Positions 36,500 to 47,006 of a stretch of 64,000 nucleotides of DNA are shown here, piece by piece. The DNA is taken from the NCBI RefSeq assembly GCF_025526975.1, contig NW_026515671.1:248001-312000 (forward strand), read 5' to 3'. This stretch comes from Fimicolochytrium jonesii. Taxonomy: Eukaryota. Both the position numbers and the translations under genes were made by a program. The stretch's first letter is position 1. Every line of letters starts with the position of its first letter. The notes under the pieces were generated by a model, which saw only the letters and a list, made by a program, of their open reading frames with translations, was not told the origin of the DNA and did not search any database.

Positions 36500-36991
36500 T
36501 GTTATGATCTCGACGACAGAGGCGGAAGCAAAGTAGAGAAGTCAGGGCGAGAGTGATAGGCGACAAGAGATTGTATTGGCGAAACAAGAAACAAGGACTA
36601 GAACAGGAGATGAGAAGAACTGATGTTGATCTGCTGGGGAGGAAGGGAATGGACGAAGAGAGGCCGGCTATTTATGGATAGGCAACCCAGCAGATCAGAG
36701 AACAACAACAACAAGAGGGGACTGGGGGGGCGCCAGCTATGCTCCTAGAGCGTGCGTGGCGAGCGTAGAGAGCATTGCTCCAGCTGCTGGCTATGGGGAA
36801 GTAGTGGGGGGTGTGGAGAAGCCGAGGGGGGATTGGCAAAATGAGAGGAGAGAGGGGGAGTGGCATTGACATTGACATTGACACTGACATTGACACTGAC
36901 ATTGACATTGACATTGGCGTTTGACATTTGGCGGTTGACATTGGCGGCTGTCAGTAGGTAAGCTTATGGTATGGGCGCGTCGTCCATAACA

Positions 36992-39900
36992 TCACCCCTC
37001 TCTTGAGCGGCGGCGGCGGCGGCGTCGAGTTTGGTGTGGCCGCACAGGAGGTGCTACGGGGACAGAGGAAGGCTTGTTGGGGTACGCGCTGTGGAAGTCC
37101 TGGAGGAGTGCGTCGGTATGGGTGAGGTGTTCCACGGGCTCCCAGGTGTTCTCAGAGTCAGGCCAGCCCTGCCATTTGACCAAGTACTGAAGGCGACGAC
37201 GATGGATGCGAGAGTCAAGGATGGCTTTGACAACCCACTCTTCTTGACCCTCAACGGTCTCTGGGGGCGCGGGTTCGGGTTCGTGTCGTTTGGGGATGGT
37301 GAAGCGGGGTTCGAGGAGCGAGACATGGAAGACATCGTGGATTTTGTACGTAGGCGGGAGCTTGAGCCGGTAGGCGACGGGATTGATTTTTTCAACGATG
37401 GGGAATGGCCCAATCTTGCGATGGTCGAGTTTCTGAGAGGGCTGGGTTGTCTGGAGGTCTTTGCGGAGGAGCCAGACGTGGTCGCCAGGCTTGAAGTGCG
37501 GTCCAGGAATTCGTTTGGCGTCGGCGTAGCGCTTCATTTGATCTTGGGCTTCCTTGAGCTCGAGGGCGAGCTGTTCATGGACTTCCCTGATTTGTTTAGC
37601 GCGGGCTTCAGCGGCAGGGTTGACGGATTCGGAGGTAGCAGAGGCCGCGAAACTGAAGCGGGGGTGGAGACCCTTGTTGGCGTAGAAGGGGGTGGTCTGG
37701 GAGGCGGACTGATGGGTGTTGTTGTAGGCGAACTCGGCGGACGACAGAAGCTGTTTCCAGTTGTCCTGTTGGTGGTTGCAAAAGCATCGGAGATACTGCT
37801 CCAGGATCTGGTTAGTGCGTTCCGTCTGGCCATCGCTCTGGGGGTGGAAGGCCGAGGAGAGGTTGGCTTTCGCCCCAAGGAGTTCGAGAAGTCGACGCCA
37901 GAACCGGGACTTAAACTGGGGTCCTCGGTCAGAGATGAAAACGTTGGGGAGGCCGTGGAGACGGATGATGTTGTGGAAGACTAGGTCGGCGGTGGATTTG
38001 GCGGATTCTGACTTGCTGCAGGCGAGAAAGTGGGCCATCTTGGTGAGGCAACAGTTGACGTTCAGGATGGAGTCGTACCCGTCCACGGGAGGCAGACCGG
38101 TGATAAAGTCCAGGGACCAAGATCCCCAAGGGCGGGTAGGGATACTGTTGGGCTGGAGTAGGCCGTATGGTTTGTGTCGACTGGATTTCGCTTGGCTACA
38201 GGTATCGCAGGACTTGACGTAGGCCTTGACGAAGCGCCACTGGCTGGGCCACCAGTAGTTGCGGGAGGCGAGTTCAAGCGTCTTGGACATCCCAAAGTGG
38301 CCGGCTAGGGGAGTATCGTGCATGTCGTGGCAGACTTCAGCTCGGAGCTCGTTGGTGGGGACAAAGACCAGGTTATTGTGCAGCAGGATCCCATCTTCAT
38401 CTGAGAACCGCTTGATACGATCTTGGGTTTCCTCAGTTCGTTGGGCGAGGGGTATCTTGAGCTTTTCGCGAATGGTCTTAGCGAGGGGAACATAGGCCTG
38501 GGCGGCCTTAATCTTGTCAAGCAGCGTGGTATCCATGGGTGTGAGGTAGGCAGCCGCGAGTTGAAGGCATTCGGGAGTCAAAATTGTGGTTGCCTGGGAG
38601 CGGAACGCTTCTTCCCCCTCGTTTAGCTCATGTTCGGAGCGTCGGGAGAGGGCATCGGCTTGGTGCTGCTGGGGACCGGGGCGATAGGTAATGACAAAGT
38701 CAAAATCCGAGAAGAATATCGACCAGCGGGCTTGGCGGCGGTTCAGGGTGCGGGTTGTCATGAAGTACTGAAGGTTTTTGTGGTCAGAGTAAACGGTGAT
38801 CTTGTGACGGGCGCCAATGAGATGGTGGCGCCACTGGGCAAAGGAGTCTTGGATGGCCAGAAGTTCCTTGTCGTAGATCTCGTAGTTGATCTCTTCGGCC
38901 GTGAATTTGCGAGAGTGGAAGGCCACGGGGTGGAGCTGATTGTCCTGGTCAGGTTGGAGGAGAACTGCGCCAAGAGCGAAGTCGGAGGCGTCAGTTTCGA
39001 CGACGAAGGGCTTCTCTGGGTCAGGGTGAGCAAGGATGGGGGCGGTGGTGAATGCTTTCTTCAGGTTCTCGAAGGCGGTGTTTGCGACGGGTGTCCAGGC
39101 GTACGGGATGTCTTTCCGGGTCAGGGCTGTGAGCGGAGTAGCGATCTTGGAATAACCTTGGATGAATCGGCGATAGAAGTTGGCAAAGCTGAGGAACCGC
39201 TGGACGCCTTTGACAGTCTTGGGAGGTTCCCAATCCGTGATGGCAGCGATCTTCTTGGGGTCCATCTGGATGCCTTTCTCGGAGATGATGAAGCCTAGGA
39301 ACTCAACGGATTCGCGGTTGAATTCGCACTTCTCTGGTTTGGCGTACAACCCATGCTGTCGGAGGCGGGACAAGACTTCGCGGACATGTTTGGGGTGATC
39401 TTCGGGGTTCTTGGAGAATATCAGGACATCGTCGAGGTAGACGACAACAAACACATCGAGAATGTCGCGGAAGATGTCGTTCATCAGGTACTGGAAGACG
39501 CCAGGAGCATTGCTGAGTCCAGAGGGCATGACATTGTATTTGAATAGGCCGTAGCGGCAGCGGAAGGCGGTCTTCCATTCATCGCCCGGGCGCATGCGTA
39601 AGAGGTTATAAGCGCCGCGGAGGTCAATCTTGGTGAGACGGCGGGCGCCACGCAAACAATCCATGATACCGTTGATCAGGGGCAGGGGGTAGCGATTCTT
39701 CACCGTGATGCTGTTCAGGCCTCGATAATCGACGCAGAGGCGGAGAGAACTGTCCTTTTTCTTCACGAATAAGACTGGCGCACCGGCAGGGGACTTTGAG
39801 GGTTTGATGAATCCTTTGGCGAGGTTTTCTTCGAGGTATTCGCAGAGTGCCTTCATTTCTGGTTCGCTGAGGCTGTAGATTGGGCCGAAAGGTGGCTGCT

Positions 39901-40915
39901 TGCCTTCTTCCAGATCGATTGGACAGTCGTAGGGCCGGTGCTCGGGGAGAGTGTCAGCATTTCTCTTTTCGAAAACGTCGGCGAAGTCTCGATACTCGGG
40001 GGGCAGGAAGTCTTTGATGTCTTTCTCGGGTGTCGGGGGGTTACTGGGGCTAGGCGAGGCCGGGAGATCGGGTTTCGCAGGGTTGGCGTAGGCGACGAAG
40101 ACCTGGTCATGCCTTGCTGCGACCTGGAAGGCTGGGGCGGAGATGAACGAGACTCGGAGCGGCGTGGGAGCCGGTTCTGGGGTGCTGGAGCGAGATACCT
40201 TGGGTACTGGAATCGACCATGTTTCGTCGACGGGGACTTCATCCTGGGGGATGCGGATCAAGGGCTCGGGGGTTCTGGCGGGTGCTGGGCTCGGGGGTGC
40301 TGGAGAGTTGTCCCAATTCGCGAATTCATGGTACAGACAGTCGCAACGGAAACCGGCCGAAAGGTTCTTGAAGTCAAGGTTAATGTCGTGGAGGCAGAGC
40401 CAGGGGAGACGAAGGAGGATTGGAGCATGGGGTGATTTGGTGACATGGAAGACGAGTTCTTCGAAGTGGTCGTGGACCCACATGCCTACTGGTCGGGTGT
40501 GATGGGTGATTGGCCCAGCAGAGCTGGGTTGACCGTCAACGAGTTCGATCGTCAGTGGACGCTGATGCGGGACTAGGGCGATGCGGTGTTTGCGGGCAAA
40601 GTCTCTGTCAATGAAGCAGGACAGGGCACCATTGTCGATCATGGCTGAGGTAGGTATCGGGGCGCGGCTGGATGATACCATGATGGTAACGGGGTAGTTG
40701 AAGGGTTCGACGGGACCCAGCGCAAGCATGGCGCAGGGGTGAATTTCGGAGTTTTCGACATGGGCAGCGGCTAGGAGGGTTGTGTCGGCTATAACGGAGT
40801 TGGGAACCAGGGGGGTGGCCTCTCCCATTGCAGGAGCTGCGAGGTTAGGAGGCCCGGGGCGGTGTGTGTTGTCCAGTCGCTGGGGCTTTACTGCGGCTGG
40901 ACTTTGGGAAAACCC
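36992..40915 (-). CDS. pol: Pol (protease, RT, RNase H, integrase, chromodomain) of copy 2, reached by a -1 frameshift from gag
   Basis: [83 protein letters not shown]. Confidence 0.93.
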   Translation of the reverse strand, partial: GFSQSPAAVKPQRLDNTHRPGPPNLAAPAMGEATPLVPNSVIADTTLLAAAHVENSEIHPCAMLALGPVEPFNYPVTIMVSSSRAPIPTSAMIDNGALSCFIDRDFARKHRIALVPHQRPLTIELVDGQPSSAGPITHHTRPVGMWVHDHFEELVFHVTKSPHAPILLRLPWLCLHDINLDFKNLSAGFRCDCLYHEFANWDNSPAPPSPAPARTPEPLIRIPQDEVPVDETWSIPVPKVSRSSTPEPAPTPLRVSFISAPAFQVAARHDQVFVAYANPAKPDLPASPSPSNPPTPEKDIKDFLPPEYRDFADVFEKRNADTLPEHRPYDCPIDLEEGKQPPFGPIYSLSEPEMKALCEYLEENLAKGFIKPSKSPAGAPVLFVKKKDSSLRLCVDYRGLNSITVKNRYPLPLINGIMDCLRGARRLTKIDLRGAYNLLRMRPGDEWKTAFRCRYGLFKYNVMPSGLSNAPGVFQYLMNDIFRDILDVFVVVYLDDVLIFSKNPEDHPKHVREVLSRLRQHGLYAKPEKCEFNRESVEFLGFIISEKGIQMDPKKIAAITDWEPPKTVKGVQRFLSFANFYRRFIQGYSKIATPLTALTRKDIPYAWTPVANTAFENLKKAFTTAPILAHPDPEKPFVVETDASDFALGAVLLQPDQDNQLHPVAFHSRKFTAEEINYEIYDKELLAIQDSFAQWRHHLIGARHKITVYSDHKNLQYFMTTRTLNRRQARWSIFFSDFDFVITYRPGPQQHQADALSRRSEHELNEGEEAFRSQATTILTPECLQLAAAYLTPMDTTLLDKIKAAQAYVPLAKTIREKLKIPLAQRTEETQDRIKRFSDEDGILLHNNLVFVPTNELRAEVCHDMHDTPLAGHFGMSKTLELASRNYWWPSQWRFVKAYVKSCDTCSQAKSSRHKPYGLLQPNSIPTRPWGSWSLDFITGLPPVDGYDSILNVNCCLTKMAHFLACSKSESAKSTADLVFHNIIRLHGLPNVFISDRGPQFKSRFWRRLLELLGAKANLSSAFHPQSDGQTERTNQILEQYLRCFCNHQQDNWKQLLSSAEFAYNNTHQSASQTTPFYANKGLHPRFSFAASATSESVNPAAEARAKQIREVHEQLALELKEAQDQMKRYADAKRIPGPHFKPGDHVWLLRKDLQTTQPSQKLDHRKIGPFPIVEKINPVAYRLKLPPTYKIHDVFHVSLLEPRFTIPKRHEPEPAPPETVEGQEEWVVKAILDSRIHRRRLQYLVKWQGWPDSENTWEPVEHLTHTDALLQDFHSAYPNKPSSVPVAPPVRPHQTRRRRRRRSREG

Positions 40916-41886
40916 TGTTTGGTGGAGGGTTCTTTGATGTCGACGTTGGCGGCACGGGTGGTGGTCTTGTTCTTGACGGGGCAGACTTTTGCAATGTGCC
41001 CCGCGCCACCGCAGTAAAGGCAGAGGTTGTTGGAAATGCGGCGTTGGCGTTCCTGAGGGCTCAGAGGGCCGCGGGGACGAGCGGCGTCAATCTGCATAGG
41101 CTCGCTGTGGTCGACAGTGGTGGTAGTAGTAAACGAGGTATGGGGAACCGGGAAGGTCTGGCGGCTTCTGTTTCGCTCCAGGCGGCGCTCAAACAGCCGG
41201 TTATCGCACTGGATAGCCTGCTCCATCACCACATCAATGGTGGCCGCAGGGGGCATCGTGAGCATCAGGTCTTTGACGTCTTCTTTGAGGCTACGGCGGA
41301 AGGTAGGCATCAGGGCCTGGTCGTTCCAGGAGACATCGCATTGTAGCTGGCGGAACTCAGCAACATACTCGGTTGCTGCACGGGTTTGGCGAAGGTTCTG
41401 GAGCTTGTTTTCAGAGGTGCGGACCGTGTCGCTCTCTCCAAAGACCGATTGCATCTGACTGATAAAACTATCGAAGTCCTGAAGGCTGTGATCTTGGCGT
41501 TCGACTAGGGGCGCCATCCAGGCTTGCACAGTGCCTGTGAGGTAGGTGCCAATAGTTTGGATCTTGATGATGTCGCTGGGGTAGCGGTCGGGCTGGAGAG
41601 CAAACATCAACCGGATGTTGTTCAACCACCCACGGAATTTGCTGCGGGTACCATCAAACTTCTTGGGCGAGCTGATTCTTGGCTCCAGAGCAGGGTTGGT
41701 GACTTGGGGACGGGTGTACGTATCGGCTTGAACCTGGGCGGCGATGCTCTGGGCAGCTTGTGCGTCGGCTTGGGCTTGCGCTAGGTTGGCCTGCAAGTTG
41801 GCGTTTTGGCTTTGCAAGGCGGCGATGGCTTGGCACATATCGTTCCATTGCTTGGGAGTGAAAGGTACGGATTCGGGTTGTGACAT
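40888..41886 (-). CDS. gag: Gag of chromovirus copy 2
   Basis: 332 aa, nearly identical to 34702-35700. Confidence 0.92.
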   Translation of the reverse strand: MSQPESVPFTPKQWNDMCQAIAALQSQNANLQANLAQAQADAQAAQSIAAQVQADTYTRPQVTNPALEPRISSPKKFDGTRSKFRGWLNNIRLMFALQPDRYPSDIIKIQTIGTYLTGTVQAWMAPLVERQDHSLQDFDSFISQMQSVFGESDTVRTSENKLQNLRQTRAATEYVAEFRQLQCDVSWNDQALMPTFRRSLKEDVKDLMLTMPPAATIDVVMEQAIQCDNRLFERRLERNRSRQTFPVPHTSFTTTTTVDHSEPMQIDAARPRGPLSPQERQRRISNNLCLYCGGAGHIAKVCPVKNKTTTRAANVDIKEPSTKQGFPKVQPQ

Positions 41887-42447
41887 GGCGAAAAAGGTTT
41901 GTCGGATGCAGGGCTGGACGGGTTCTGAACTTTGCAGTGTTGGAGCAGATCAAACTGTTATGATCTCGACAAGGGAGGCGGGAGCGAAGTAGAGAAGTCA
42001 GGGCGAGAGTGATAGGCGACAAGAGATTGTATTGGCGAAACAAGAAACAAGGACTAGAACAGGAGATGAGAAGAACTGGTGTTGATCTGCTGGGGAGGAA
42101 GGGAATGGACGAAGAGAGGCCAGCTATTTATAGATAGGCAACCCAGCAGATCAGAGAACAACAACAACAAGAGGGGACTGGGGGGGCGCCAGCTATGCTC
42201 CTAGAGCGTGCGTGGCGAGCGTAGAGAGCATTGCTACAGCTGCTGGCTATGGGGAAGTAGTGGGGGATGTGAAGAAGCCGAGGGGGGATTGGCGAAATGA
42301 GAGGAGAGAGGGGGAGTGGCATTGACATTGACATTGACACTGACATTGACACTGACATTGACATTGACATTGGCGTTTGACATTTGGCGCTTGACATTGG
42401 CGCCTGTCAGTAGGTAAGCTTATGGTATGGGCGCGTCGTCCATAACA

Positions 42448-42768
42448 CATGTGGCTCATGGGTTCACTGATGGCAACCAAACCAATACACCTCGTCCGAT
42501 TGCCTCGGCAACAAGTGCTCGTGGCGGCCGCGGAGCCAGTCGCGGTCGAGGTAGTTGTGGCGGTGGTCGTGGCGGACGATTCGCCCCTTATATCAATCCT
42601 TGAATTACGGAATTCAAACAAGACTTAGATGATATGACCTTTGGGCTCAATGCCCTTGGTACGTCATACTACCCCCCTGGAGTGAGTCGTCTCACTACAG
42701 GTCAAGTCCCCACCAACGTCAACAGCCCTTTCGTCGACGTGGACAATGACAAACTACTTATGTTCCTT
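42448..42768 (+). mobile_element. Degenerate RGG-rich gag-like remnant, possibly the continuation of the 33361 element
   Basis: Plus-frame translation ARGGRGASRGRGSCGGGRGGRFAPYINP*; same strand as the gag interrupted at 34093. Confidence 0.35.
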
Positions 42769-42769
42769 G

Positions 42770-45066
42770 TCAACGTCCAACGACTCCTTGTCCCCTTTGT
42801 AACAATTTGGTGACGGACTCGTCTCCTGCTCCCCCCCCCTTAGAGTTTGTCGTGGGGAAGTAGATGTTCAAGCCAACGCAACGCCAGCGCTCGTCGGGGA
42901 CCGGAATGCAGCGTAGGAGCCCGAAGTTGGAAGCCTGCTTGTTGCGTTGGCAGCCGGGACAAGTCCGGACGTACTGGTGGACCTCGCGCTCGAGGCGGGG
43001 CCAGTAGTATAGCGTGAGGAGTTTGGCGACGGTGCGCTGGACACCCAAGTGGCCGCTGTTGGCCAGGGAGTCATGATAGAACCTGAGGAGGGGGCCCAAA
43101 GGCCCTCGGGGACGTAGCGGCGGCCATGGTACAAAAGGAAGCCGCGGTCGTCGCGCGTGAGGCGGCGGGCAAAACCCGAGAGGGTAGAGGGGTCATCGGG
43201 GTTCGTCGCGGTGGTCTGCAGGTGGGCGAGGGTGTCCTTGCAGAACTTGTCATCGTCGAGCGCAGTGAGCCACTTGGCGTCGGTAGGGAGGCGGCCGTTG
43301 ATGTCCGGTAGAGGTGTCCCGGTGACAATGGAGAACACTTCGACCTTGATCTGACAGCTGGCGCACTTCGGGGCGTACAGCGGTGTGCGGCTGAGTATGT
43401 CGGCGATGTGATTAAACTTGCCGGGGAGGTATTCGATAGTGAAGTCGTAGTCCTGAAGGAACTCCACCCATCCGGCCTGGCGCCGGGAGAGATGAGGCTG
43501 GTTTTGGAGGTATATGAGGGATTTGTGGTCGACGAATGCACGCAATTGGTGACCGATGAGGTAATGGCGGTGAGCGCGGATCACTTTGACCAATGCGAGG
43601 AGCTCCTGTTCGTGCACAGGGTATCGGGTTTCGGCCGGAGCCATTTTGCGTGAGTAATATGAGATGAAGCGGAGGCGCAAAAGGTTACTGAGGCCCTTTT
43701 TTGTGGTGGGCAGTGGGTTCAGCATGGGAAAGTCGCCGTCCATGCCCTGACCGATCCGGCCCCCTACGGCGAAGCCTAACGCGTTGGAGAAGACGTAGGG
43801 GAACTTATCGGGGTCAAAGAACGCCAGGCAAGGGGCTTCGGCGACTCGCGCCTTGATGGTGTCGAAGGCTGCTTGTTCCTTGGCGCCCCGCTGCCACGGG
43901 CGGGTGCCGGATTGAAGGTTGGTCAGTGGGAGGGCTGTTTCAGCATAATGCGGAATGTATTCCTTGACATAGTTGACTAGCCCCATGAAGGAGAGGAAGT
44001 CAAGGGCGCTGGTGGGTTTGGGTCAAGCGTGGACAGCCTCGACCTTGGACGGGACGATGGAAAGGCCGTCTCTACCGACCATGTGCCCGCAGAACTCAAC
44101 CTGGTCCACTGCCCACTGACATTTGGACGGTTTCACGTGAAGGCGGTGAGCCGAGAGGGTCTTGAGCACTTCGGTGACATGCCCGATGTGTGAGTCCATG
44201 TCAGGGCTGAAAATAAGGATGTCATCGAGGTAAGAGATGAGGTATGAATCGTACTTGTCACCCAGGAGTTTGTTCGTGAGGCGTTGGAACGTCGCGGGCG
44301 CGTTTGTTAGCCCGAAGGATAATACGATGTACTGGAAGTGGCCGAAGCGCGTCCAGAAGGCAGTCTCCTCACTGTCTTCCTCCCGAATGAGGATGCAGTG
44401 GTAGGCATTGCGGATGTCCATAGCGGTGAAGACCTTCACGCCGACGAGGCGGTCCTGAAGCTCATTGAGGTTCGGGAGGGGCGTGGCGTCCTTATGGGTC
44501 ATCTTGTTGAGGGCCCGGTAGTCGATGCAGCAGCGGAGGCCACCGTCCTTCTTCGGGGCAAACAGTACGGGTGCCCCCCAGGGGCTCTTAGAGTGGGAGA
44601 TCCACCCGCGGGATGATAGGCGCTTGAGTTGCTGCCGTAGCTCGTCGAGTTTGTCGTTGGCCAAGTGGCGGAGTGGGAGCATGATAGGCTTGAAACCGGG
44701 CTTCAGATTGATGCTGAAGTTGTCATCACCGCGGTCCAGCGGGAGGCCGGTCTGTTTGGTGAAGAGGGTATCTGTAAACTGTTCCAACGTGGGGTGAAGA
44801 GGGTGGTCGGCAGCGACCGACGCGAGTGGATCCCGCGGGGTGGTGTCCGGAGGGGTGGCCGTGCCTTTCGGTCTGCTAGGATCGCACGTTTCTTCCCCTC
44901 GACCGTGCGAACGAAGTTAGCCTCGGCTTCGGCGACGTCCGCGAGGGCGACGTCTGTGGCCAGGTCCACCTCCGTGTCCGTGCGTGAGACCCATGCGGTA
45001 TAGACCTCGGCGGTCTTATCCCTCTTGATCGTCGGTTGAATTGTTTGGCCATGAGGAAACCCTCCT
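42770..45066 (-). mobile_element. Degenerate Ty3/gypsy pol (RT, RNase H, integrase N-terminus)
   Basis: KKDGGLRCCIDYRALN, FGLTNAPATFQ, YLDD, YPVHEQELLA, HLGVQRT..YYWP..CPGCQ; stops, frameshifts and loss of the integrase core. Confidence 0.88.
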
Positions 45067-45117
45067 CATTTAAGGCCACAAGCTTGGGGTAGAAACGGCG
45101 GGGGCGAGGGCCCGTAT

Positions 45118-47006
45118 TGTTGTGTTATTACTGGGAAGTAGCCGATGAAGAGTAGAACCATTACTGGTCTTAATGTATTACTTGTTGTATGTCTATATAC
45201 TCCGGACTCTGGCGTCGGGGTCTTTGTTTCTCTGACCGTGACCAGACTGCTTACGCGATGACAGCAACTGACAGGATAGTTCGCGTCTCTGCACAACACT
45301 CCCCCGACTCGAGCTGTCCAAAAGTCAGCCTGTCCAACTCCCGCTCTCAACTCCATTCCAATCAACAACACACTCTCTCTTTCCGACACCCAAATCCAAC
45401 CAATCCATCAAGATGCCGAACGGTGGTCCAACTTGCCCGATCTGTATGGTCAACCCTGCCATCTACAACGGGCCATGTGGGCACCTCTTTTGCCGTACGT
45501 GCATCGTCCAGGAGATCCTCTCTCATTTGCACGCCCCACGCTGTGGCGTTTGTTGGTGAGTGGTGAGAGGAGGTAATTCAACTGATAAACGTGTATTGAT
45601 TGCCTCTCTTAGAGCCCCGTGGCCAGTTTACTTAACCCGGGACCGGCACAATCGTCAGTGCTGCATGTGCGGCACTAATCCCATCTCGTGTCGCATGGTG
45701 ACCTCGTGTGGCAACTGCACCATATGCAACGGATGCTCCATTTATCTTGTTCGGTGTCACCCGCCGAATCAAGTTCGGTGTCCGTCGTGTCATGTAGCTT
45801 TTGACGCTCCGCTGCTCACTTGGCTCCGAAGAGCCATTATTCAACAATACGGCGTGTAGTGTAGACTTCACTGTCGTAGCCCACATAGTTCCCGTAAATA
45901 AACAAACACCGGTCTCAGAAGCGCTTTCGTTTGGATGTCCGCTATCATTTCTTTTGTTGAGATATACTGGAAATCTAGCTTGCGTTCAGCTACAAGTTCC
46001 CGAATAAAGTGGTGTCGAACGTCAACGTGCTTCGTCCGCTGATGATCCACGGGATTGTTCGCAAGTTTGATGGCGGCTTGGTTATCTTTGTAAATCAGTA
46101 TGGGCTTGTCGGATGCGCCCAGGATTTCCTGTTTCATCCGAGAAAGCCACAGCGCTTCTTTGGCTGCTTCTCCGAGCGCTACATATTCCGCTTCCGCCGT
46201 AGATACTGTAACAGCCGCTTGCCGTTGTGACTTCCAGGATATTGCTCCCCCGTTTAAGGTGAACATGTACCCTGAAACCGAACGCCCAGTCTCTTTGCAT
46301 TTTGCGAACTCCGCATCACTGTATCCCCGGAGTTTGTTATCTGACTCGTTATTGTATTGTAGGATAAGCTCTTCCGTTTTGGCAACGTAACTGAAAACCC
46401 GCTTAGCCGCCTTCATATGTGTCTGTGACGGCTTAGCCAGAAACTGGGATAACTTAGATATCGCGAAAGCGATATCAGGGCGAGTTCCAATCATAAGGTA
46501 CATCAATGACCCTATCATCGATTGATACGTTGCAACGTCTGCCGGTTTCTCATCCGCAGCTATAATCTCAAGCTTCACATTGGGATCCAGCGGCGTGTCG
46601 TGCGGTTGCATCTGCTCCAACCCGAACTTCCGTAGTATATCACTGATGTAATTCTGTTGTCCAATAGTGAGGGTTCGTTGGATGCGATTTTGTCTGACTT
46701 CTATTCCGAGGAGGTAAGAGAGCTCCCCCATGTCTTCCATTTCGAAGCGTAATTTCAACCCTTCTTTAATTGCTTCCCGTTCCACTTTGCTCGTTGAAAG
46801 AATTGTCAAATCATCAACGTAGACGGCGATGATGATAAAACCTCAGCCAATGCGCTTTATGTAAAGAGCATTGTCTAGTTTGGAAACGTTGAAGCCTTTC
46901 TCTCGTAGGTAAGCGTCCAACACCTTATTCCACAACCGAGGTGACTGTTTCAGTCCGTACAGAGAACGTTTGAGTTTAACCGTTGTCCCCTCTGGTAGGC
47001 GAAGGT
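45118..47006 (-). mobile_element. Ty1/copia remnant A: 3' LTR 45118-45298, PPT, cargo region, RT/RNase H 45868-47006
   Basis: LTR TGTTGTG..CACAACA followed by CTCCCCC (PPT on minus); SLYGLKQSPR, YVDD, GTRPDI, YSDA, STAEAEY, RTKHVDVRHHF. Confidence 0.9.
45413..45859 (+). pseudogene. Two-exon tandem RING-finger gene (exons 45413-45555, 45613-45859) antisense within copia A; splice-junction codon now reads TGA
   Basis: Exon 1 CPIC..PCGHLFCRTC..RCGVC is C3HC4; exon 2 CCMC..SCGNCTICNGC..RCPSC is RING-like; 57-nt GTGAGT..CTGAT..TTAG intron. Confidence 0.78.

Larger units (their letters stand above)
36500..42447 (-). mobile_element. Ty3/gypsy chromovirus copy 2, structurally full length: 5' LTR 41956-42447, 3' LTR 36500-36991
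   Basis: Two 492-bp LTRs (TGTTATG..CATAACA); gag; pol with PR-RT-RH-IN-chromodomain; PPT AGAGAGGGG next to the 3' LTR; no matching TSD. Confidence 0.95.

Noticed and set aside
37031..37984. 317-aa antisense ORF, repeated at 61039-61992
   Set aside because: Shadow of the integrase frame; its conservation is explained by near-identity of the copies.
42768..42846. C-run resembling a minus-strand PPT with a possible LTR stub
   Set aside because: No clear TG..CA boundaries could be defined; treated as part of the deleted gypsy remnant.
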